Of a stretch of DNA of 56,803 nucleotides, positions 26,640-36,430 are shown piece by piece. The notes beneath the pieces are model-generated. The model searched no databases. It worked only from the letters and a program-made list of their open reading frames with translations, and had not been told where the DNA came from. Made by a program: the position numbers and the translations under genes. This DNA comes from Candidatus Omnitrophota bacterium. Lineage in GTDB: Bacteria > Omnitrophota > Gorgyraeia > JAGLLT01. The stretch spans positions 1 to 56,803 of the forward strand of contig JAGLLT010000015.1 of the NCBI GenBank assembly GCA_023140385.1. The letters run 5' to 3'. The first letter of the stretch is position 1. Each line of letters opens with the position of its first letter.

Positions 26640-28394
26640 ATGGGATGTTGTAATGAAAAGTTAAAAAATATGCCAAGAAGATATATTGTTCTATTTTTTT
26701 GCTTTTGTGTTCTAATTTATATTGTTTTCGTGATTTTCTCTATGGGAGAGCCGTTATTAGGTGATTCTCCTTATTTTTTGTTTTCAGCTAAGGTTTTTAA
26801 TAATGAGGCCCTGCAATCATATTTTCCTCAAATTGTAGGTGTGGATCACCCTACTCTTTATGTCCACATTTTAGCCTTAGTGGATAGGTTGATAGGCTTA
26901 AATCCTGTTAGTGCCAGATCTATAGGTATCTTAAGTTTTATTGCCACCTTAGCCCTAATCTATGTTGTCGCGCAAAACGTCTTTAAGGAGGGTAAAAATA
27001 TCTTTCCGGTTGGCTTAATAGCCGTTTTTCTTTACGCTATAAACCCCATGGCCATCCAGGGTTCTTTGCTGCCGGACAATGATACTACCATACTAACGCC
27101 TTTATTATTACTTTTTATCTATTTTTTTGTAAAGCTTAAGGGTAAAAACAGAGGTTTTCTTTTAGGAATATTTTTTGGGTTTATTTTATGGGTAAAGCTT
27201 ACCACGCTTTTTATTTTAATCCCCGCTATTTTTACATTTTATTCCTTGAGGGGTAAATTCAGGGAAGGTTTTAAGGAGTCAGGCCTTGTGCTTTTTATAG
27301 GACTCGTTCTATTTGTTATTTCCTGGGGGAGCTACTGTTACTTCACGAAGAGGCCGTATTTGTTTCCCTTAGTACATCTTAGAAATATTTTTCTGGCCGG
27401 CAGCCCTTTGTTTATATATTCATCAGGCAATAAGGTTATTTTAAATACAGCCAGAATAGCGCTTAGGATAATTTTATACGCGTCACCTTTTTATTTTTTG
27501 ATATTTTTTAAGAGTTTTTGGTATAGATTGCGGGAGTTTATTTTAAGAAGAGAAAGGCATTCTGTTGATTTCCTGTTTATTTTAGGCCTTACGCTTTTTT
27601 GTGCTTATCTATTTGTTGGAGGCCTTACACATAGTTTTCCTAAATATCACTATCCGTTTCTTTCCTTATCGGCTATTCTTATAGCCGGTTTTATTGCTGA
27701 TAAGGTTAAATTTCAAAGAAAGCATTTACTTCTTTATGGCCTTATGGCCGCCAGCATAGTTAGCTATAATATATTTTTAGTAGGAGATTTCCTTTATTTC
27801 AGCGATTACGCTCTTAGAGAAAGTCTAATTATGACCGGAAAAATTACAGATGAAGCCGCGAAAAATTTAGTAATCCAGCTGGTATTATATGTATTCCCTT
27901 TTTTACTTATCTTTGTGATTTTAAAAGTTAAAAAAGCAAGTTTAGTTTTTTATAGAACAGTTTTTATATGGACAGTGGCTTCCTGCCTTTCGATGAATAT
28001 TCTCCAGGCAAGGGCCGATTATCATACAGTTTATTGCTACGGGGGAAGAGGAACGAAAGAAATGGTATCATTGGTGAGGAAGATGAAGACCCGGAGTAAA
28101 TCTATTGTAACCACGCAGGATATTTTCTACAATATAGATGAGAAAGAATTTCTAACTTCTCCCGGTTATCGCTTTCCTCCCGCCATTTTTTCATCTTCTA
28201 AAAAGTTTATGGAAGTAATTGAGGATAAAAAACCGGATTTTGTTATTTTTAGTATTTCTTCCAATACCGTAAAGCAGTATCAGGCGGTTTTTAATAATTT
28301 GGAAGTGGTTAATCTTCTAAAAAAATATTTTTCACGGGAGGAAATAGGTTCTTATACAATATGGGTACGGAAGGAAGGACATATTAAAGAATAA
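26640..28394 (+). CDS. GT-C fold membrane glycosyltransferase (ArnT/PMT-like, polyprenyl-phosphate-sugar dependent)
   Basis: 584 aa, at least 10 TM helices in the N-terminal ~450 aa followed by a soluble C-terminal domain. An architecture-based call. Confidence 0.55.
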   Translation: MGCCNEKLKNMPRRYIVLFFCFCVLIYIVFVIFSMGEPLLGDSPYFLFSAKVFNNEALQSYFPQIVGVDHPTLYVHILALVDRLIGLNPVSARSIGILSFIATLALIYVVAQNVFKEGKNIFPVGLIAVFLYAINPMAIQGSLLPDNDTTILTPLLLLFIYFFVKLKGKNRGFLLGIFFGFILWVKLTTLFILIPAIFTFYSLRGKFREGFKESGLVLFIGLVLFVISWGSYCYFTKRPYLFPLVHLRNIFLAGSPLFIYSSGNKVILNTARIALRIILYASPFYFLIFFKSFWYRLREFILRRERHSVDFLFILGLTLFCAYLFVGGLTHSFPKYHYPFLSLSAILIAGFIADKVKFQRKHLLLYGLMAASIVSYNIFLVGDFLYFSDYALRESLIMTGKITDEAAKNLVIQLVLYVFPFLLIFVILKVKKASLVFYRTVFIWTVASCLSMNILQARADYHTVYCYGGRGTKEMVSLVRKMKTRSKSIVTTQDIFYNIDEKEFLTSPGYRFPPAIFSSSKKFMEVIEDKKPDFVIFSISSNTVKQYQAVFNNLEVVNLLKKYFSREEIGSYTIWVRKEGHIKE

Positions 28395-28479
28395 TTGACG
28401 GTTATCAGTAATTCTATTAGAATAAATAATGAAGAGTAAATTATATCTATTCCTAAAAAAACGAGGAGTTAATTAGAAT

Positions 28480-29508
28480 ATGAATCTTATTACAGGCGGC
28501 TCGGGTTTTATCGGCATAAATATCGCGAGAAGTTTGCTTGAGAAAGGAAAAAGGGTGAAGGTTCTTGATATAGCGCCTCCCGGAATGGATATAGTTAAAA
28601 ATAAAATCGAGCATTTAAATATAGATATCAGGAATAGGCGGGAAGTAATAGAGGCGTGTCAAGGAGCTGAAAACATCTATCATACCGTATCTTTAGTTCC
28701 TATTTCAAAAGCGGGAAGGAAATTTTGGGATGTAAATGTGGAAGGCACAAGGAATATTTTGGAAGGAGCCCTAAAGCACGGTGTAAAGAAAATAATTCAT
28801 ATGTCTTCCAGCGCCGTATGCGATATTAACCAAAAAAATCCGCTTACCGAAGAATCACAAATTAAACCTTTGGGAGCATACGGCCATTCTAAATACGCGG
28901 CGGAAAAGGTCTGTCATGAATACAGAAAAAAAGGATTAGACATTACCATTGTCAGGCCCCGCACAGTTCTTGGGCCTGAGCGCCTGGGAATATTTGGGAT
29001 ACTTTACGATTGGATAAAAAACGGAAAAAGCATTTATATTATTGGAGACGGCAGCAATAAAATACAATTTATGCATATTAAAGAGCTCGCGGAAGCCTGT
29101 ATCTTAATGACTCAAAAAGTTTCCAATGAGGTTTTTAATATCGGAACGGATAGATTTAGCGCTTTAAAAGATGATTTAGGGGCATTAATTGATTATGCCG
29201 GGACAAAATCAAGGATTGTTTGCTTAAATCCTACGCTGGCAATTGGAACGCTTAGAATATTAGACAAGCTCGGCCTCTCACCTTTAGCGGATTGGCACTA
29301 CCTTAGCTACCACAAAGATTTTTATTTTGATATAACCAAAGTAAAAAGAATGCTTAATTGGCAGCCGAGTTATAGTAATAAAGAAATGCTCATTGAGTCG
29401 TATCAATGGTATCTTGAACATTTTAAAGAAGTTAAGATACAAATTGGGACTACGCATAGAAAGTCAGTTAAACAAAGGCTTTTGAAACTTTTAAGAGGGG
29501 TATCGTAA
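28480..29508 (+). CDS. NAD-dependent epimerase/dehydratase (extended SDR)
   Basis: ITGGSGFIG Rossmann motif, MSSSAV, YGHSK (YxxxK). Confidence 0.8.
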   Translation: MNLITGGSGFIGINIARSLLEKGKRVKVLDIAPPGMDIVKNKIEHLNIDIRNRREVIEACQGAENIYHTVSLVPISKAGRKFWDVNVEGTRNILEGALKHGVKKIIHMSSSAVCDINQKNPLTEESQIKPLGAYGHSKYAAEKVCHEYRKKGLDITIVRPRTVLGPERLGIFGILYDWIKNGKSIYIIGDGSNKIQFMHIKELAEACILMTQKVSNEVFNIGTDRFSALKDDLGALIDYAGTKSRIVCLNPTLAIGTLRILDKLGLSPLADWHYLSYHKDFYFDITKVKRMLNWQPSYSNKEMLIESYQWYLEHFKEVKIQIGTTHRKSVKQRLLKLLRGVS

Positions 29509-29510
29509 TA

Positions 29511-30389
29511 ATGAACGAGATAAAATATCTTATGATTTCTATGCGTCCAAAACAATGGATTAAAAATTTATTTGTTATCGCGGCTTTGTTTTTTTCCAAA
29601 AATATGATGGATGTTTCAATAGTGACAAGAGCTTTGTGTGCCTTTGCTATATTCTGTTTATTTTCTTCAAGTATATATCTTATAAATGACATTCTTGATT
29701 TAGAAAAAGATAAAAATCATCCTAAAAAATCCAGCCGCCCTCTGGCAAGCGGGCTGTTATCTACCAGGGTATCTTTATTGGGTTCGCTGATATTGCTATC
29801 CGCGGCCGTGACGGGCAGTCTTTTTTTGGATAGCAGGCTTTTAGTAGTGGGCTTGGCTTATTGGTTTATCAATCTTTTTTATACTTTATATCTGAAAAAT
29901 TTAGTTATCATTGACGTCATTTGTATAGCTATTGGCTTTGTATTGCGTATAGTCGCGGGCGGCATTGCGGTAAAAGTTCCTTCTTCCCATTGGGTTTTAA
30001 CCACCACCATATTCTTATCTTTATTTCTGGGGTTTTCTAAAAGAAGGGGAGAGATCGCCTTATCTTTAATACCCCAAAAGCAAACGTCAAGGCCCGTATT
30101 AAAAAATTATAATATTTTACTCCTTGATCAATTCTTAGTTATCTGCGCTACGCTTTCTATTATGTCTTATGCCTTGTTTAGCCTTTCTGACTACGCCTTT
30201 GAAAGGTTTGGTACCCATAGCTTAATATATACTATACCCTTTGTTGTTTTCGGCGTATTTAGGTATCTCTATTTAATTTATACCTCTGATTATTATGAAG
30301 ACCCCACCGAGACATTATTTATAGATAAGCCGCTGATTTTCAATATTATTTTGTGGATTATTTTAGTGATATGTATTGTATACGTATAA
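29511..30389 (+). CDS. UbiA-family polyprenyl-phosphate phosphoribosyltransferase (decaprenyl-phosphate 5-phosphoribosyltransferase-like)
   Basis: RPKQWIKN near the N-terminus and NDILDLEKDKNHPKKSSRPLASG match the signature of Rv3806c-type enzymes as I recall it. About 8 TM helices. Confidence 0.7.
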   Translation: MNEIKYLMISMRPKQWIKNLFVIAALFFSKNMMDVSIVTRALCAFAIFCLFSSSIYLINDILDLEKDKNHPKKSSRPLASGLLSTRVSLLGSLILLSAAVTGSLFLDSRLLVVGLAYWFINLFYTLYLKNLVIIDVICIAIGFVLRIVAGGIAVKVPSSHWVLTTTIFLSLFLGFSKRRGEIALSLIPQKQTSRPVLKNYNILLLDQFLVICATLSIMSYALFSLSDYAFERFGTHSLIYTIPFVVFGVFRYLYLIYTSDYYEDPTETLFIDKPLIFNIILWIILVICIVYV

Positions 30390-30410
30390 ATAGAAAAAAA
30401 GGAAACAAAG

Positions 30411-31430
30411 ATGAAGGTACTTCTTACAGGTATGCCCGGATGGTTAAGCGGTAGATTTTTAGAAGTCTTAATCAGGGGATTTAATAACGAGGGCCCGGTT
30501 AATGACTGGAAAATAAAATGTTTAGTTTTAAATGGGGGAGATACTTCTTCTATTGATGCCCTATCTAAAATTAAGCGGGTAGAGAAAATAACGGGTGATG
30601 TCACCAAAATAGAAACTTTGAAAGCTATTGCAAAGGACGTAGATATAGTCTTTCATATGGCGGGAGTTATTCATCCAAAAAGAGTAAAACAACTTTTTGA
30701 AGTAAATACTTCAGGTACGGAGAATATGCTAAAAGTAAGTTTGGAGGCGGGAGTCAAAAGATTTGTTTATATAAGCAGTAACTCCACCGCGGGGACTAAT
30801 AAATTTCGGCACAAGCTCATGACAGAGAAGGATGTTCCCAATCCGTATATGAACTATGGTTTAAGTAAATATTACGCGGAATGTATTGTAAAAAAATTTC
30901 AGGAGACAGGGAAAATAGAAACTGTAATTTTAAGGCCATGCTGGTTTTACGGCCCCAATCAGCCTTCAAGGCAAACAAAATTTTTTAAAATGATAAAAAA
31001 AGGAAACCCTATAATATTCGGTAATGGCTGTAATTTGCGAAGTATGAGTTACATAGATAGTACTTCCCAGGCTATGTTGTTAGCCGCCGAAAGCGAAAAG
31101 GCAAATGGCCAGACCTATTGGATTGCCGACGCTAAACCATACTCCACTTACCAAATTTATAAGACCATCGCGGAGCTCTTAGAAGTAAAAAAATTCAAAC
31201 CTGTATATTTACCAAATTTTTCATCAGAGATCTTCTTGCTGGCCGATAAAATGCTTCAATCCGCGGGTAGATATATTACCGAAATTCATGTAGCGGGGGA
31301 AATGAATAAAGATATAGCCTGTTCTATTGAAAAGGCGCGCGAGGAGTTGGGCTATAATCCTACAGTTGAATTAAAGGAAGGTATGAACCGATCCATTGAG
31401 TGGTGCAGAAAGAGCGGAATATTAATTTAG
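30411..31430 (+). CDS. NAD-dependent epimerase/dehydratase (extended SDR, slightly deviant Rossmann motif)
   Basis: LLTGMPGWLSG, ISSNS, YGLSK (YxxxK). Confidence 0.7.
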   Translation: MKVLLTGMPGWLSGRFLEVLIRGFNNEGPVNDWKIKCLVLNGGDTSSIDALSKIKRVEKITGDVTKIETLKAIAKDVDIVFHMAGVIHPKRVKQLFEVNTSGTENMLKVSLEAGVKRFVYISSNSTAGTNKFRHKLMTEKDVPNPYMNYGLSKYYAECIVKKFQETGKIETVILRPCWFYGPNQPSRQTKFFKMIKKGNPIIFGNGCNLRSMSYIDSTSQAMLLAAESEKANGQTYWIADAKPYSTYQIYKTIAELLEVKKFKPVYLPNFSSEIFLLADKMLQSAGRYITEIHVAGEMNKDIACSIEKAREELGYNPTVELKEGMNRSIEWCRKSGILI

Positions 31431-31443
31431 AAGGTAGAACTTT

Positions 31444-32421
31444 ATGCCGATTCGTGAAGTTGTAAGTTGTAATTTATGCCGCAGTAACATTTATAAGCCG
31501 TTATATGTTAAGAGATATTTTGATGGAATATATCAGGTAGTTAAATGCGAATCCTGCGGGTTGGTGTATATGAATCCTCGCTTTACAGAAGAAAAAAATA
31601 AAGATTTTTATGATGATAAATATTATTACTTTAGTGAGATAGAGAATAGAATAAGCGCGACTGAGGCTATAAATCATTTTAAGATATTAAGAAATTACGC
31701 GGACGGAGGGAGGCTGTTAGATATCGGCTGCGCGAGAGGTTTCTTTTTAAAAGCGGCTAACCAAAACGGCTGGCAGGTTCGCGGAGTGGATATATCAGAT
31801 TACGCTTGTGAATTTGCTAAGGAACAATTCGGCCTTAACGTATCGTTGGGTAATTTAGAAGATATTAAATTTCCCGAAGAACATTTTGACGCGATTACTC
31901 TTTGGAATGTTTTAGAGCATCTAAGAGACCCCCGCAAGACCTTAAAAAGAGTAAAAAAATTGTTAAAAAATGGAGGTGTTTTGTTTATAAAGATTCCAAA
32001 TATAAATAGCATTTATTATAGATTGTATAGAAGATACTGGCTTGGTTTTAATCCTTTTCATCTGTATTATTTTTCATTTAAGACTATAAAAGAAATGTTA
32101 GAGCAGTTAGGATTTGAGGCGGTTAGGTTAGACACGGAAATTGTAGACTTACTTTCAAAGGAAGGCCTATGGAATCGGGGATTGAAAACACCCTTAGCTG
32201 AAATGTTGGATACCCTGGGATTAAAAGATAAAATTGAAAAGAGATGGGTAAAAAAGAAATTTATAAAACCCGAGAAAGCAAATTTTAGACAGATTGACTT
32301 AGAGAGTTTATTTTTACCCCGGAGTAAATTAATTAATTTAATAAACCATCCTATTAATCGTTTAATTAACGGTTTTAAAATGGGAGATCACCTTTTAGTA
32401 ATAGCTAAAAAATTGGATTAG
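31444..32421 (+). CDS. Zinc-ribbon SAM methyltransferase (paralog set A, member 2)
   Basis: CNLCRS...CESCGLVYMNP, LLDIGCARGFF, ITLWNVLEHL. Confidence 0.7.
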   Translation: MPIREVVSCNLCRSNIYKPLYVKRYFDGIYQVVKCESCGLVYMNPRFTEEKNKDFYDDKYYYFSEIENRISATEAINHFKILRNYADGGRLLDIGCARGFFLKAANQNGWQVRGVDISDYACEFAKEQFGLNVSLGNLEDIKFPEEHFDAITLWNVLEHLRDPRKTLKRVKKLLKNGGVLFIKIPNINSIYYRLYRRYWLGFNPFHLYYFSFKTIKEMLEQLGFEAVRLDTEIVDLLSKEGLWNRGLKTPLAEMLDTLGLKDKIEKRWVKKKFIKPEKANFRQIDLESLFLPRSKLINLINHPINRLINGFKMGDHLLVIAKKLD

Positions 32422-32435
32422 ACAGGAGCCTATCT

Positions 32436-34319
32436 ATGTGTGGTATTTGCGGAATAGCCGGATTTTTGGATAAAGAATTGTTGAAAAAGATGACCGGCGC
32501 TCTCGCGCATCGCGGCCCGGACGCGGAGGGCTTCTACACGGATTCAAATTTAGGCTTGGGAGTAAGAAGGCTAAAGATAATAGACTTGGTAACAGGCGAC
32601 CAGCCTATTCATAATGAAGAACAATCTCTGTGGATAGTCTATAACGGAGAGATTTATAATTTTAAGGAATTAAGATCTCAATTAGAGAAGAGCGGGCATA
32701 AATTTTATACCAACTCGGACACAGAAGTTATTATCCATCTTTATGAATCATACGGCAAAGACTGCGTCCATAAATTGGAAGGTATGTTCGCTTTTGCTAT
32801 CTGGGACAAAAAGAAAAAAGAACTGTTTATAGCCAGAGACCGTTTAGGCGTTAAGCCGCTATATTACCATTACAAAGATGGAAATTTACGGTTTGCCTCG
32901 GAAATAAAATCAATAATTCAGGATAATAAGCTTTCGCGAACCATAAATCCTGCGGCCTTAGCTTATTTCTTCAGTTTTTTGTATATTCCATCACCCCTTT
33001 CTATATTTGAAGATATAAGTAAACTACCCGCGGGACACACGTTATCTTTTAAAGATGGAAAGTTGGAAATTAAGCAATATTGGAATCTGGAATTTAAAGA
33101 CAGGCAAAAAGTTCATACAGAGCGGGATTATATCCAGGCAGTAAGAGAACTGCTGAAGGAATCTGTTAAGAAGCGGTTAATAAGCGACGTTCCAATGGGC
33201 GTATTTTTAAGCGGGGGGATTGACTCCAGCGCTATAGTAGCAATGATGCGTCAGATTACACCCGGGGTAATTAAGACCTTTTCCATAGGCTACGGGGCTA
33301 AGGACAAGACATATAATGAGTTGGACTATTCTCAAATAGTAGCAGACCGATTTAATACAGAGCATCACAAATTTATAGTTGAGCCTAAAATTACTGAAAT
33401 CTTACCCGAAGTAGTTTGGCATATGGATGAGCCTTTTGCCGATTCTTCAGCTATCCCGACTTTTCTTATAGCCAGGGAGGCCAGGCAAAAAATTACCACA
33501 GCCTTAACAGGCACGGGAGGAGATGAGGTTTTTGGAGGCTACCCCCGTTATATCGGCGCCCGGCTTTCCCTGGCCTATGAAAAACTTCCGTATTTTTTGC
33601 GCAAGGCAATAATGGTTGGCTCCGGGCCTTTTATTAAAGAAAGCTTAAAAAGTAAAAATGTGAGCGGCTGGATTAAGAGATTTCTGGAAGGCGGTATGCT
33701 TAAAGATGAAGAAAGGTACATTTCGTGGATGCGGTGCTTCGATAGAAATGAAGAGATGGACTTATTTAGTGATAAGTTCAAGGAGAAGTTAGTGAATTTT
33801 GACACCACAGCTATACACAAAAGCTGCTTTAGTAAATCCGCCGCCTCTGATTTTTTAGACAAAATTTTTTATGTTGATTTAAATACATATCTTGTTGATG
33901 ATTTATTAAATATGGGCGACAGGATGTCCATGGCTAATTCCATAGAGGTGAGGGCTCCTTTCTGCGATCATAAACTTGTGGAGTTACTTGCCACTATTCC
34001 CTATCAGACAAAATTTAGTAATTTTAAGTTAAAAGGGCTTCTAAAAAAATCCCTGAGAGGAATCCTGCCCGATATTATTATAGACAGAAATAAACAGGGT
34101 TTTATGGTGCCAATGGGCAGATGGATAAAAGAAGACCTGAAAGATTACACGTTAGATATACTAAACAGAAAATCCGTAGAAAAAAGAGGAATATTCAATT
34201 ATAGCTTTATCCGGGAGCTTTTAGACAACCACTTTAAAGGCAGAAAAGTTTCCACCCATCATATATACGCGCTGTTAGTATTAGAATTGTGGTTTAGGGA
34301 ATATTTGGATAACTCATGA
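32436..34319 (+). CDS. Asparagine synthetase B-type glutamine-hydrolysing amidotransferase
   Basis: N-terminal MCGI (Ntn nucleophile Cys2), YNGEIYN, SGGIDSS PP-loop. Confidence 0.85.
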   Translation: MCGICGIAGFLDKELLKKMTGALAHRGPDAEGFYTDSNLGLGVRRLKIIDLVTGDQPIHNEEQSLWIVYNGEIYNFKELRSQLEKSGHKFYTNSDTEVIIHLYESYGKDCVHKLEGMFAFAIWDKKKKELFIARDRLGVKPLYYHYKDGNLRFASEIKSIIQDNKLSRTINPAALAYFFSFLYIPSPLSIFEDISKLPAGHTLSFKDGKLEIKQYWNLEFKDRQKVHTERDYIQAVRELLKESVKKRLISDVPMGVFLSGGIDSSAIVAMMRQITPGVIKTFSIGYGAKDKTYNELDYSQIVADRFNTEHHKFIVEPKITEILPEVVWHMDEPFADSSAIPTFLIAREARQKITTALTGTGGDEVFGGYPRYIGARLSLAYEKLPYFLRKAIMVGSGPFIKESLKSKNVSGWIKRFLEGGMLKDEERYISWMRCFDRNEEMDLFSDKFKEKLVNFDTTAIHKSCFSKSAASDFLDKIFYVDLNTYLVDDLLNMGDRMSMANSIEVRAPFCDHKLVELLATIPYQTKFSNFKLKGLLKKSLRGILPDIIIDRNKQGFMVPMGRWIKEDLKDYTLDILNRKSVEKRGIFNYSFIRELLDNHFKGRKVSTHHIYALLVLELWFREYLDNS

Positions 34320-36430
34320 AGAAAAATTTAATAGATATTCTGGTTTGCCCCGAATGCGGGAGTAAGCTCAACTTAAGTACTTTTATTCAAGATGCCGGCG
34401 GTGAAATAGTGGACGGCCTGCTGATATGTTCTGAAAATACGCATTGGTATCCCGTAATCTCCGGCATCCCCCGAATATTTGTTGGTAGTTATAGAGATAT
34501 TGCTTATAAGCGGCACTCAGATTATTTCAATAGATACAATGCTGACTTGAATGAATTGGTAACAGTATCCGGGACGGAATATCAATTCACCCGGTTTGAG
34601 ACTGAACTAAAAATGACCGCTAAAAGTTTTGGCTTTGAATGGACAAAGTTTTTTGATTACCCGCTGGATAATTTAAAGGGGCTTTTGCGGCCGCATTCTC
34701 TGAGTACCTTTAAGGGAAAGTTAGGTTTGGACGCCGGCTGCGGAGGGGGAAGGCATGTGGTTGAGTGCGCGGAACAAGCAGCCGCTGTTGTTGGAGTTGA
34801 TTTAAGTGAAGCGGTAGAGGAGGCATATAAAAAATCTCGTGATTTAAAGAACGTTCATATCATACAGGCGGATATTTTCAAACTGCCTTTTAAAGAGGGC
34901 ACATTTGATTTTATATATAGCTTAGGGGCATTGCATCATTTGCCGGAACCGCAGAAGGGCTTTGATTGTTTAGTTGATTTACTTAAAACCAAAGGCGAAA
35001 TATTTATCTGGGTTTACAAAAAAAGCTTCAGGAAAATTATTTTAAATCCGGTAAGAAAAATAACCAGCAGGCTGCCTTTAAAAATACTGCTTTGTATAAC
35101 AAGTATAATGTCTTTCATAGGATATTTTAGTATCATTGTTCCCTCCCGGAGCATTATTAAAAGATTTCCTGTTTTTGCTAAAATAACTCCTCCTCATATA
35201 TACTCCTATACTAAATACGGTTTTAAGATCTATCGTACAGATTGGTTTGACAGGCTGTCAGCGCCGATAGCCTATAACTATTTACCGAAAGAAATAAAAA
35301 AATGGTTTATAACGAAAAAATTATCAGAGGTTAAAATAAAAACTATTGGTGATTTCTGGTGCTACGGATACGGTAGGAAGCAAGTGGGGGCAGAGCCGGG
35401 AATTCAGCAAGTTAATAAAATTTTGATTGTTGATGTTTCAGGTATTGGCGATGTGGTAATGTCTGTGCCGTCTTTGCGGGCTTTAAGAAAAAAATATCCC
35501 GAATCTTATATAAGCGCCTTAGTGTCTTCAAGGGCTTCTCCTTTATTAGAGAGATGCCCCTATGTAAATGAGGTTTTTGAATTTGATATTGAAAATTTTA
35601 AAATATCTAAAAGCGCCTTAAATATCTTTAAAACCATCAATTCGCTGCGCGCGATATTAAAGCTTCGTTCGAAAAGATTTAATATAGCTATTAATTTGTA
35701 TCAAATCGCCACTTTTTTAGGCAGTCTGCGGATGAGATTTTTATTTAAGGCAATTAACCCCGAGTTGAGTGTGGGCAGGGATACAGATGGAAGGGGGAAA
35801 TTTTATCGTTTGAAGTTAAGAGAAAGCGTGATAGACGCGCAGCATGAAGTTGAAAAGAAATTAAGAGTTATGGGACTTTTGGGAGCAGTGACAGAAAATA
35901 AAAAATTAGAACTATGGCCGGACGGCGATGACGAAACGTATCTTTTAAAATTGTTGGAACAGGCCGGTATCAAAGAGAGCGATTTTTTGGTTGGAGTTAA
36001 TCCGAACGCGCTTCAGGCATCTAAGCTTTGGTCTGAAAATAGATTTGCTGAACTCGCTGATACTATTATAGAAAGACATGGCGCGAAGATTATATTTTTT
36101 GGGTCGTACCGCGATAGAGTAAGAGTAAATAGAATACTATCTTATATGAGAAATAGCTCTATAAACTTAGCCGGCAGGCTTACGCTTAACCAATATGTCA
36201 ACTTGATAAGAAAGGTTAAATTATTTATAACTTTAGATAGCGGGCCCATGCATACTGCCGCTGTTTTTAAAATACCTACAATTGCTATATTTGGAGCCGG
36301 ACAGCCTTTGAGATTTGGCCCATATTTGAATGAGAAAGCGATAATTTTACAGAAAGCGGGATGTGCCGCGGAAGCGATCGCGGTTGATGACGTGTTAAAT
36401 TTATTTGAAAAATTAAGGAAAAATTTATGA
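34316..36430 (+). CDS. Three-domain fusion: Trm112-like zinc ribbon + class I methyltransferase + GT9 heptosyltransferase-like domain
   Basis: LVCPECGSKL...WYPVISGIPRI; GLDAGCGGGRH ... FIYSLGALHHL; a hydrophobic linker; then ILIVDVSGIGDVVMSVPSLRALRKKYP ... LDSGPMH. Confidence 0.7.
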   Translation: MKKNLIDILVCPECGSKLNLSTFIQDAGGEIVDGLLICSENTHWYPVISGIPRIFVGSYRDIAYKRHSDYFNRYNADLNELVTVSGTEYQFTRFETELKMTAKSFGFEWTKFFDYPLDNLKGLLRPHSLSTFKGKLGLDAGCGGGRHVVECAEQAAAVVGVDLSEAVEEAYKKSRDLKNVHIIQADIFKLPFKEGTFDFIYSLGALHHLPEPQKGFDCLVDLLKTKGEIFIWVYKKSFRKIILNPVRKITSRLPLKILLCITSIMSFIGYFSIIVPSRSIIKRFPVFAKITPPHIYSYTKYGFKIYRTDWFDRLSAPIAYNYLPKEIKKWFITKKLSEVKIKTIGDFWCYGYGRKQVGAEPGIQQVNKILIVDVSGIGDVVMSVPSLRALRKKYPESYISALVSSRASPLLERCPYVNEVFEFDIENFKISKSALNIFKTINSLRAILKLRSKRFNIAINLYQIATFLGSLRMRFLFKAINPELSVGRDTDGRGKFYRLKLRESVIDAQHEVEKKLRVMGLLGAVTENKKLELWPDGDDETYLLKLLEQAGIKESDFLVGVNPNALQASKLWSENRFAELADTIIERHGAKIIFFGSYRDRVRVNRILSYMRNSSINLAGRLTLNQYVNLIRKVKLFITLDSGPMHTAAVFKIPTIAIFGAGQPLRFGPYLNEKAIILQKAGCAAEAIAVDDVLNLFEKLRKNL

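Noticed and set aside
32436-34319. The Asn-synthetase homolog as the missing lasso cyclase for the kinase/NTase-containing cassette
   Set aside because: It retains the N-terminal MCGI glutaminase nucleophile and full AsnB architecture. It lies about 27 kb away among sugar-modification genes and is translationally coupled to them. It fits an EPS-associated amidotransferase, not a lasso cyclase.
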